From the NCBI GenBank assembly GCA_002269645.1, contig NIVC01000296.1, forward strand, positions 558,001 to 622,000: 64,000 bases of DNA. Direction: 5' to 3'. Every line of letters begins with the position of its first letter. The stretch's first letter is position 1. The notes beneath the pieces are model-generated. The model ran no database searches. It worked only from the letters and a program-made list of their open reading frames with translations, and was not told the DNA's origin. Below are positions 12,001 to 24,000 of the stretch, piece after piece. The position numbers and the translations under genes were made by a program. Source of the DNA: Macrostomum lignano. Taxonomy: Eukaryota.

Positions 12001-15000
12001 TATTGAATTGTCTATGGTAGAGAGTGAGCTACTGAATTGTCTATGGTAGAGAGTGAGCTATTGAATTGTCTATGGTAGAGAGTGAGCTATTGAATTGTCT
12101 ATGGTAGAGAGTAACCCTTGAGTGTCTATGGTTGAGAGTGAGCTATTGAATTGTCTATGGTAGAGAGTGAGCTACTGAATTGTCTATGGTAGAGAGTAGA
12201 CCTTGAGTGTCTATGATTGAGAGGATGGTTGCGAGTTTGAGTTGATTGATAGGGAGCACAATCATTATCAATGTTTATATTATAGATCTATTGATAATAA
12301 TGCGTGGGCGTATCCTTTCAGCGCCATGCACTGGACATTCGTTTGCTTGCCGAAATTCGGACGCCTGCCTGCACAGATCGAAGGTGTGCGATGGAGTCCC
12401 CGACTGTAGCGATGGTTCGGACGAGATGTCCTGCGGTAGGCTCTGCGATTAGTATCTTTACTATTTTTAGAAACCAAAAAATAACCCTGGTATTATTTGA
12501 ATCACCCAATTTGCAGAGGGCTGTCCCGCATTCAAGCTGAAGTGCCGCCGGTCCAATCTGTGTATTGCCAAGTCGGAGGTCTGCGATGGCAAGCACCAGT
12601 GCCGCCTGGGCAACTCTACGGACGATTCGGACGAAGAGAACTGCGCAACCGGCGCTACAACAAGCGCGCCTCAGAAGAAGCCCATTGAAGGCACTGACAG
12701 CTGCTATCGGCCTCTGCTTCAGTCTGGACTAATCAAGGAGAGTCAGGTAAGAATTACTGAGAACTTTGCGCCAACTCACGGCTACAGACGGGCCGAACTG
12801 CTGGACTCGCGTAAGCGGCCGTATTTGCTTAGCAAAGGCAGAACAGTGTTCGAGTTGCGACTCTCGCCAGCCGGCTCCGCTGTCCGCGTCAGCTCAGTGC
12901 TGCTGCAAATCCAGTCCAACCATCGTAGAGGACTGAAGGCGATTCGCTTGTACGCCAACTCCAACAAGACCTGGCAGCTTCTGGAGGCAAAGGAGAGCAA
13001 CATAGCCTGCACCCGCTGTCTTATTAAGCTCAACAAGCTACCATTCGCCGCTGAAAAGCTGAAGTTCAAAATCCAATCAAGGAGCTCGATGAAGATCCAA
13101 TTGGAAATAAATGGTTGTCCAGGCCAAAATCTGGAATCGGGAAGGTGCCGCAGACTTCCAGCCACTGCCTGCAATGTGAAGGTGTACAAGAGCATTACCT
13201 ACAACAGAGAGTATTCGGGAGAGGAAAAAAGTCGTTTGGTTTTGCCACGGACGGAGTACTCACTGCTCAAGCAGGGATCGAGTGAAATCGTCATTGGAGT
13301 CCCAGAAATGGTGCGAATCTGTGCAGTAATTATCAAGAGCAAACTGCCAAGCGATGGCAAGCCAACCGCTAATGTGGTTTCGTTTGTGTACGACAAGAAA
13401 CTGAGCGAATTGACTCTTGTTTCTAAGCTTCCAATTAGTACAAACACGACAACAATTACGATCAGCAAACCAACAAACGAGTATAAGGCCGTGCTGTACT
13501 CAAAAGATCCAATTAGAATATCAATTGAAATCCAGGTTAAAAAGCAACCAGTTACAAAGAACGAACCGAAGCAGCAGAAAATTGCTTGCAAAGGCTCCTT
13601 GCCGGACTCTGAAGTTAGTGGCAAAGTTCGAGTTCTAAGAATGACAGCGCTGGATTCACGTCAGGAATACACACAATCGGATCGAAGACAGCTTCTGCGC
13701 AAGGGCGCCGCGCTGAGTTCAGGAAGAACGGACGTACTTGTGCAGTTTAGTCTAAAGCAAACTGACGTCATTGAGGCGCTTCAAGTACTGACAACCACTC
13801 CAGGAGCCGACGCGAAAGTTACCGCTAGAGAACTGCAGCTTTGCACTCGAGACCGATGCTCAAAGGTCAAAATGTCTACACCATCAGTCCAACAAACCAA
13901 CATGGTCATTCGCGCGCGAGCCAGGTTTTTGAAAATCATTCTTGATTCTCCAACTAGCCGCTATGCAAAAAATGCAAAGCTGAAGTTTGACTTTTGTAGC
14001 AGGAATAAGCCGCACGTCTGCAAGGAAAGATACCTGGAGCGCTGCAATGTGCCACTAATGAAGAGCATTACATTTGGAAAGCGATATGACGCGTACACGG
14101 TAAAAGCACTGCTGCAAGGCCGGCCAGTAAGACTGCTCAGAGGATATACAAAAATTACACTCATCAATTTAAACCTTGCTGAGTCAGTAATATTAAAAAA
14201 AACCGGTGGTAGAAGACCTCTAAAACTAATAATTTCGCTCACCACTACTAATGAAAGGAAACGAAAAACTACGATAACAAAATTTGACACTGTCTACAGC
14301 GCCAAGCTTCCAACCGGCTACACAAAAATGATCATCACGATAAAATCAAAAGAACCGTCTAAACTAGCACTCTTTAAAAAGGAATGCCAAAAACCCAACA
14401 AAATACCCAACCGAGAGCCAAAAACCGCTGCACACACAACCACTATCGCACCTGCAACGACAACACTCGAACCGACAAAACGGCCAACAACGGCGAGCAC
14501 TGCGGCCGCAAAGACAACCAAGGCCCCTGTGCTGACTACAACCACCAAGCGACGACGAGTGTGCAAGAAGAAGATGGCGTTCGACAGTAACGTGCTTCGT
14601 CCTGAGGATGTTGTGGAGGTGAAGCGCGTGCCGCAGAATGAGCCCTACGACGAGCCAGAGAAGAAGTCGCTGCTTCCAGGTAGACGCGGCCTGCCACTCA
14701 GAAAGGGTGACACGCTGGTCCGCATTGACCTGAGCAGGCTGCCGGAGGGAAGCCGGGTCGCCGAGATCAAGGTGAGCGCCGACAAGCCGAAGCGAATCAC
14801 AAAGGTGTCTGTGACAGAAGTGACCAACAACGAGAGAACTCCGGTTGGCAAGGCTGAACAGCCAGGCGACGAGCCGTTGAGTCGCGACGACCTGGAATCG
14901 ATCCCACTGACGCCGACCAGACGAACTCCCGACCTGATCGAGGTGCGAATCAGAAGAGGCTCCAAGCGACCGTCAGGGTGACGCTGGAGGTCAAGGTGTG

Positions 15001-18000
15001 TCTCAAGAAGAAGCCGGCGACTACAACAACGCAGAGTACTACGACATCGGCAACGACAACGAGAAGACCGAGCACTGCCGGATTGACAACAGAAACAACG
15101 CGCACTACACGGGGCACACCGGCCGGCGAAAAGGTGACCTTCCCGATGCCGTCCATCACGAGCAGGAAATCGACCGGTAGAACTACGCGCCAGAAGAAGT
15201 CGACAACAACGGCTGGCAGATCGACAACGAGCACGTCGACGAAACGGCCAACGACGGCGAGCACTGCGGCCGCAAAGACAACCAAGGCCCCTGTGCTGAC
15301 TACAACCACCAAGCGACGACGAGTGTGCAAGAAGAAGATGGCGTTCGACAGTAACGTGCTTCGTCCTGAGGATGTTGTGGAGGTGAAGCGCGTGCCGCAG
15401 AATGAGCCCTACGACGAGCCAGAGAAGAAGTCGCTGCTTCCAGGTAGACGCGGCCTGCCACTCAGAAAGGGTGACACGCTGGTCCGCATTGACCTGAGCA
15501 GGCTGCCGGAGGGAAGCCGGGTCGCCGAGATCAAGGTGAGCGCCGACAAGCCGAAGCGAATCACAAAGGTGTCTGTGACAGAAGTGACCAACAACGAGAG
15601 AACTCCGGTTGGCAAGGCTGAACAGCCAGGCGACGAGCCGTTGAGTCGCGACGACCTGGAATCGATCCCACTGACGCCGACCAGACGAACTCCCGACCTG
15701 ATCGAGGTGCGAATCAGAAGAGGCTCCAAGCGACCGGTCAGGGTGACGCTGGAGGTCAAGGTGTGTCTCAAGAAGAAGCCGGCGACTACAACAACGCAGA
15801 GTACTACGACATCGGCAACGACAACGAGAAGACCGAGCACTGCCGGATTGACAACAGAAACAACGCGCACTACACGGGGCACACCGGCCGGCGAAAAGGT
15901 GACCTTCCCGATGCCGTCCATCACGAGCAGGAAATCGACCGGTAGAACTACGCGCCAGAAGAAGTCGACAACAACGGCTGGCAGATCGACAACGAGCACG
16001 TCGACGAAACGGCCAACGACGGCGAGCACTGCGGCCGCAAAGACAACCAAGGCCCCTGTGCTGACTACAACCACCAAGCGACGACGAGTGTGCAAGAAGA
16101 AGATGGCGTTCGACAGTAACGTGCTTCGTCCTGAGGATGTTGTGGAGGTGAAGCGCGTGCCGCAGAATGAGCCCTACGACGAGCCAGAGAAGAAGTCGCT
16201 GCTTCCAGGTAGACGCGGCCTGCCACTCAGAAAGGGTGACACGCTGGTCCGCATTGACCTGAGCAGGCTGCCGGAGGGAAGCCGGGTCGCCGAGATCAAG
16301 GTGAGCGCCGACAAGCCGAAGCGAATCACAAAGGTGTCTGTGACAGAAGTGACCAACAACGAGAGAACTCCGGTTGGCAAGGCTGAACAGCCAGGCGACG
16401 AGCCGTTGAGTCGCGACGACCTGGAATCGATCCCACTGACGCCGACCAGACGAACTCCCGACCTGATCGAGGTGCGAATCAGAAGAGGCTCCAAGCGACC
16501 GGTCAGGGTGACGCTGGAGGTCAAGGTGTGTCTCAAGAAGAAGCCGGCGACTACAACAACGCAGAGTACTACGACATCGGCAACGACAACGAGAAGACCG
16601 AGCACTGCCGGATTGACAACAGAAACAACGCGCACTACACGGGGCACACCGGCCGGCGAAAAGGTGACCTTCCCGATGCCGTCCATCACGAGCAGGAAAT
16701 CGACCGGTAGAACTACGCGCCAGAAGAAGTCGACAACAACGGCTGGCAGATCGACAACGAGCACGTCGACGAAACGGCCAACGACGGCGAGCACTGCGGC
16801 CGCAAAGACAACCAAGGCCCCTGTGCTGACTACAACCACCAAGCGACGACGAGTGTGCAAGAAGAAGATGGCGTTCGACAGTAACGTGCTTCGTCCTGAG
16901 GATGTTGTGGAGGTGAAGCGCGTGCCGCAGAATGAGCCCTACGACGAGCCAGAGAAGAAGTCGCTGCTTCCAGGTAGACGCGGCCTGCCACTCAGAAAGG
17001 GTGACACGCTGGTCCGCATTGACCTGAGCAGGCTGCCGGAGGGAAGCCGGGTCGCCGAGATCAAGGTGAGCGCCGACAAGCCGAAGCGAATCACAAAGGT
17101 GTCTGTGACAGAAGTGACCAACAACGAGAGAACTCCGGTTGGCAAGGCTGAACAGCCAGGCGACGAGCCGTTGAGTCGCGACGACCTGGAATCGATCCCA
17201 CTGACGCCGACCAGACGAACTCCCGACCTGATCGAGGTGCGAATCAGAAGAGGCTCCAAGCGACCGTCAGGGTGACGCTGGAGGTCAAGGTGTGTCTCAA
17301 GAAGAAGCCGGCGACTACAACAACGCAGAGTACTACGACATCGGCAACGACAACGAGAAGACCGAGCACTGCCGGATTGACAACAGAAACAACGCGCACT
17401 ACACGGGGCACACCGGCCGGCGAAAAGGTGACCTTCCCGATGCCGTCCATCACGAGCAGGAAATCGACCGGTAGAACTACGCGCCAGAAGAAGTCGACAA
17501 CAACGGCTGGCAGATCGACAACGAGCACGTCGACGAAACGGCCAACGACGGCGAGCACTGCGGCCGCAAAGACAACCAAGGCCCCTGTGCTGACTACAAC
17601 CACCAAGCGACGACGAGTGTGCAAGAAGAAGATGGCGTTCGACAGTAACGTGCTTCGTCCTGAGGATGTTGTGGAGGTGAAGCGCGTGCCGCAGAATGAG
17701 CCCTACGACGAGCCAGAGAAGAAGTCGCTGCTTCCAGGTAGACGCGGCCTGCCACTCAGAAAGGGTGACACGCTGGTCCGCATTGACCTGAGCAGGCTGC
17801 CGGAGGGAAGCCGGGTCGCCGAGATCAAGGTGAGCGCCGACAAGCCGAAGCGAATCACAAAGGTGTCTGTGACAGAAGTGACCAACAACGAGAGAACTCC
17901 GGTTGGCAAGGCTGAACAGCCAGGCGACGAGCCGTTGAGTCGCGACGACCTGGAATCGATCCCACTGACGCCGACCAGACGAACTCCCGACCTGATCGAG

Positions 18001-21000
18001 GTGCGAATCAGAAGAGGCTCCAAGCGACCGTCAGGGTGACGCTGGAGGTCAAGGTGTGTCTCAAGAAGAAGCCGGCGACTACAACAACGCAGAGTACTAC
18101 GACATCGGCAACGACAACGAGAAGACCGAGCACTGCCGGATTGACAACAGAAACAACGCGCACTACACGGGGCACACCGGCCGGCGAAAAGGTGACCTTC
18201 CCGATGCCGTCCATCACGAGCAGGAAATCGACCGGTAGAACTACGCGCCAGAAGAAGTCGACAACAACGGCTGGCAGATCGACAACGAGCACGTCGACGA
18301 AACGGCCAACGACGGCGAGCACTGCGGCCGCAAAGACAACCAAGGCCCCTGTGCTGACTACAACCACCAAGCGACGACGAGTGTGCAAGAAGAAGATGGC
18401 GTTCGACAGTAACGTGCTTCGTCCTGAGGATGTTGTGGAGGTGAAGCGCGTGCCGCAGAATGAGCCCTACGACGAGCCAGAGAAGAAGTCGCTGCTTCCA
18501 GGTAGACGCGGCCTGCCACTCAGAAAGGGTGACACGCTGGTCCGCATTGACCTGAGCAGGCTGCCGGAGGGAAGCCGGGTCGCCGAGATCAAGGTGAGCG
18601 CCGACAAGCCGAAGCGAATCACAAAGGTGTCTGTGACAGAAGTGACCAACAACGAGAGAACTCCGGTTGGCAAGGCTGAACAGCCAGGCGACGAGCCGTT
18701 GAGTCGCGACGACCTGGAATCGATCCCACTGACGCCGACCAGACGAACTCCCGACCTGATCGAGGTGCGAATCAGAAGAGGCTCCAAGCGACCGTCAGGG
18801 TGACGCTGGAGGTCAAGGTGTGTCTCAAGAAGAAGCCGGCGACTACAACAACGCAGAGTACTACGACATCGGCAACGACAACGAGAAGACCGAGCACTGC
18901 CGGATTGACAACAGAAACAACGCGCACTACACGGGGCACACCGGCCGGCGAAAAGGTGACCTTCCCGATGCCGTCCATCACGAGCAGGAAATCGACCGGT
19001 AGAACTACGCGCCAGAAGAAGTCGACAACAACGGCTGGCAGATCGACAACGAGCACGTCGACGAAACGGCCAACGACGGCGAGCACTGCGGCCGCAAAGA
19101 CAACCAAGGCCCCTGTGCTGACTACAACCACCAAGCGACGACGAGTGTGCAAGAAGAAGATGGCGTTCGACAGTAACGTGCTTCGTCCTGAGGATGTTGT
19201 GGAGGTGAAGCGCGTGCCGCAGAATGAGCCCTACGACGAGCCAGAGAAGAAGTCGCTGCTTCCAGGTAGACGCGGCCTGCCACTCAGAAAGGGTGACACG
19301 CTGGTCCGCATTGACCTGAGCAGGCTGCCGGAGGGAAGCCGGGTCGCCGAGATCAAGGTGAGCGCCGACAAGCCGAAGCGAATCACAAAGGTGTCTGTGA
19401 CAGAAGTGACCAACAACGAGAGAACTCCGGTTGGCAAGGCTGAACAGCCAGGCGACGAGCCGTTGAGTCGCGACGACCTGGAATCGATCCCACTGACGCC
19501 GACCAGACGAACTCCCGACCTGATCGAGGTGCGAATCAGAAGAGGCTCCAAGCGACCGTCAGGGTGACGCTGGAGGTCAAGGTGTGTCTCAAGAAGAAGC
19601 CGGCGACTACAACAACGCAGAGTACTACGACATCGGCAACGACAACGAGAAGACCGAGCACTGCCGGATTGACAACAGAAACAACGCGCACTACACGGGG
19701 CACACCGGCCGGCGAAAAGGTGACCTTCCCGATGCCGTCCATCACGAGCAGGAAATCGACCGGTAGAACTACGCGCCAGAAGAAGTCGACAACAACGGCT
19801 GGCAGATCGACAACGAGCACGTCGACGAAACGGCCAACGACGGCGAGCACTGCGGCCGCAAAGACAACCAAGGCCCCTGTGCTGACTACAACCACCAAGC
19901 GACGACGAGTGTGCAAGAAGAAGATGGCGTTCGACAGTAACGTGCTTCGTCCTGAGGATGTTGTGGAGGTGAAGCGCGTGCCGCAGAATGAGCCCTACGA
20001 CGAGCCAGAGAAGAAGTCGCTGCTTCCAGGTAGACGCGGCCTGCCACTCAGAAAGGGTGACACGCTGGTCCGCATTGACCTGAGCAGGCTGCCGGAGGGA
20101 AGCCGGGTCGCCGAGATCAAGGTGAGCGCCGACAAGCCGAAGCGAATCACAAAGGTGTCTGTGACAGAAGTGACCAACAACGAGAGAACTCCGGTTGGCA
20201 AGGCTGAACAGCCAGGCGACGAGCCGTTGAGTCGCGACGACCTGGAATCGATCCCACTGACGCCGACCAGACGAACTCCCGACCTGATCGAGGTGCGAAT
20301 CAGAAGAGGCTCCAAGCGACCGTCAGGGTGACGCTGGAGGTCAAGGTGTGTCTCAAGAAGAAGCCGGCGACTACAACAACGCAGAGTACTACGACATCGG
20401 CAACGACAACGAGAAGACCGAGCACTGCCGGATTGACAACAGAAACAACGCGCACTACACGGGGCACACCGGCCGGCGAAAAGGTGACCTTCCCGATGCC
20501 GTCCATCACGAGCAGGAAATCGACCGGTAGAACTACGCGCCAGAAGAAGTCGACAACAACGGCTGGCAGATCGACAACGAGCACGTCGACGAAACGGCCA
20601 ACGACGGCGAGCACTGCGGCCGCAAAGACAACCAAGGCCCCTGTGCTGACTACAACCACCAAGCGACGACGAGTGTGCAAGAAGAAGATGGCGTTCGACA
20701 GTAACGTGCTTCGTCCTGAGGATGTTGTGGAGGTGAAGCGCGTGCCGCAGAATGAGCCCTACGACGAGCCAGAGAAGAAGTCGCTGCTTCCAGGTAGACG
20801 CGGCCTGCCACTCAGAAAGGGTGACACGCTGGTCCGCATTGACCTGAGCAGGCTGCCGGAGGGAAGCCGGGTCGCCGAGATCAAGGTGAGCGCCGACAAG
20901 CCGAAGCGAATCACAAAGGTGTCTGTGACAGAAGTGACCAACAACGAGAGAACTCCGGTTGGCAAGGCTGAACAGCCAGGCGACGAGCCGTTGAGTCGCG

Positions 21001-24000
21001 ACGACCTGGAATCGATCCCACTGACGCCGACCAGACGAACTCCCGACCTGATCGAGGTGCGAATCAGAAGAGGCTCCAAGCGACCGTCAGGGTGACGCTG
21101 GAGGTCAAGGTGTGTCTCAAGAAGAAGCCGGCGACTACAACAACGCAGAGTACTACGACATCGGCAACGACAACGAGAAGACCGAGCACTGCCGGATTGA
21201 CAACAGAAACAACGCGCACTACACGGGGCACACCGGCCGGCGAAAAGGTGACCTTCCCGATGCCGTCCATCACGAGCAGGAAATCGACCGGTAGAACTAC
21301 GCGCCAGAAGAAGTCGACAACAACGGCTGGCAGATCGACAACGAGCACGTCGACGAAACGGCCAACGACGGCGAGCACTGCGGCCGCAAAGACAACCAAG
21401 GCCCCTGTGCTGACTACAACCACCAAGCGACGACGAGTGTGCAAGAAGAAGATGGCGTTCGACAGTAACGTGCTTCGTCCTGAGGATGTTGTGGAGGTGA
21501 AGCGCGTGCCGCAGAATGAGCCCTACGACGAGCCAGAGAAGAAGTCGCTGCTTCCAGGTAGACGCGGCCTGCCACTCAGAAAGGGTGACACGCTGGTCCG
21601 CATTGACCTGAGCAGGCTGCCGGAGGGAAGCCGGGTCGCCGAGATCAAGGTGAGCGCCGACAAGCCGAAGCGAATCACAAAGGTGTCTGTGACAGAAGTG
21701 ACCAACAACGAGAGAACTCCGGTTGGCAAGGCTGAACAGCCAGGCGACGAGCCGTTGAGTCGCGACGACCTGGAATCGATCCCACTGACGCCGACCAGAC
21801 GAACTCCCGACCTGATCGAGGTGCGAATCAGAAGAGGCTCCAAGCGACCGTCAGGGTGACGCTGGAGGTCAAGGTGTGTCTCAAGAAGAAGCCGGCGACT
21901 ACAACAACGCAGAGTACTACGACATCGGCAACGACAACGAGAAGACCGAGCACTGCCGGATTGACAACAGAAACAACGCGCACTACACGGGGCACACCGG
22001 CCGGCGAAAAGGTGACCTTCCCGATGCCGTCCATCACGAGCAGGAAATCGACCGGTAGAACTACGCGCCAGAAGAAGTCGACAACAACGGCTGGCAGATC
22101 GACAACGAGCACGTCGACGAAACGGCCAACGACGGCGAGCACTGCGGCCGCAAAGACAACCAAGGCCCCTGTGCTGACTACAACCACCAAGCGACGACGA
22201 GTGTGCAAGAAGAAGATGGCGTTCGACAGTAACGTGCTTCGTCCTGAGGATGTTGTGGAGGTGAAGCGCGTGCCGCAGAATGAGCCCTACGACGAGCCAG
22301 AGAAGAAGTCGCTGCTTCCAGGTAGACGCGGCCTGCCACTCAGAAAGGGTGACACGCTGGTCCGCATTGACCTGAGCAGGCTGCCGGAGGGAAGCCGGGT
22401 CGCCGAGATCAAGGTGAGCGCCGACAAGCCGAAGCGAATCACAAAGGTGTCTGTGACAGAAGTGACCAACAACGAGAGAACTCCGGTTGGCAAGGCTGAA
22501 CAGCCAGGCGACGAGCCGTTGAGTCGCGACGACCTGGAATCGATCCCACTGACGCCGACCAGACGAACTCCCGACCTGATCGAGGTGCGAATCAGAAGAG
22601 GCTCCAAGCGACCGTCAGGGTGACGCTGGAGGTCAAGGTGTGTCTCAAGAAGAAGCCGGCGACTACAACAACGCAGAGTACTACGACATCGGCAACGACA
22701 ACGAGAAGACCGAGCACTGCCGGATTGACAACAGAAACAACGCGCACTACACGGGGCACACCGGCCGGCGAAAAGGTGACCTTCCCGATGCCGTCCATCA
22801 CGAGCAGGAAATCGACCGGTAGAACTACGCGCCAGAAGAAGTCGACAACAACGGCTGGCAGATCGACAACGAGCACGTCGACGAAACGGCCAACGACGGC
22901 GAGCACTGCGGCCGCAAAGACAACCAAGGCCCCTGTGCTGACTACAACCACCAAGCGACGACGAGTGTGCAAGAAGAAGATGGCGTTCGACAGTAACGTG
23001 CTTCGTCCTGAGGATGTTGTGGAGGTGAAGCGCGTGCCGCAGAATGAGCCCTACGACGAGCCAGAGAAGAAGTCGCTGCTTCCAGGTAGACGCGGCCTGC
23101 CACTCAGAAAGGGTGACACGCTGGTCCGCATTGACCTGAGCAGGCTGCCGGAGGGAAGCCGGGTCGCCGAGATCAAGGTGAGCGCCGACAAGCCGAAGCG
23201 AATCACAAAGGTGTCTGTGACAGAAGTGACCAACAACGAGAGAACTCCGGTTGGCAAGGCTGAACAGCCAGGCGACGAGCCGTTGAGTCGCGACGACCTG
23301 GAATCGATCCCACTGACGCCGACCAGACGAACTCCCGACCTGATCGAGGTGCGAATCAGAAGAGGCTCCAAGCGACCCGTCAGGGTGACGCTGGAGGTCA
23401 AGGTGTGTCTCAAGAAGAAGCCGGCGACTACAACAACGCAGAGTACTACGACATCGGCAACGACAACGAGAAGACCGAGCACTGCCGGATTGACAACAGA
23501 AACAACGCGCACTACACGGGGCACACCGGCCGGCGAAAAGGTGACCTTCCCGATGCCGTCCATCACGAGCAGGAAATCGACCGGTAGAACTACGCGCCAG
23601 AAGAAGTCGACAACAACGGCTGGCAGATCGACAACGAGCACGTCGACGAAACGGCCAACGACGGCGAGCACTGCGGCCGCAAAGACAACCAAGGCCCCTG
23701 TGCTGACTACAACCACCAAGCGACGACGAGTGTGCAAGAAGAAGATGGCGTTCGACAGTAACGTGCTTCGTCCTGAGGATGTTGTGGAGGTGAAGCGCGT
23801 GCCGCAGAATGAGCCCTACGACGAGCCAGAGAAGAAGTCGCTGCTTCCAGGTAGACGCGGCCTGCCACTCAGAAAGGGTGACACGCTGGTCCGCATTGAC
23901 CTGAGCAGGCTGCCGGAGGGAAGCCGGGTCGCCGAGATCAAGGTGAGCGCCGACAAGCCGAAGCGAATCACAAAGGTGTCTGTGACAGAAGTGACCAACA

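Noticed and set aside
12747-12787. Possible short intron (GTAAGA...TACAG)
   Set aside because: Donor phase 0 and acceptor phase 2 are incompatible, and the frame reads through without stops.
17272-22623. Series of 255-aa ORFs with overlapping GTGA stop/start, resembling an operon of tandem genes or programmed frameshifting
   Set aside because: Same unit is in frame in 765-bp copies; the break is a dropped base at a polymorphic codon inside one eukaryotic exon.
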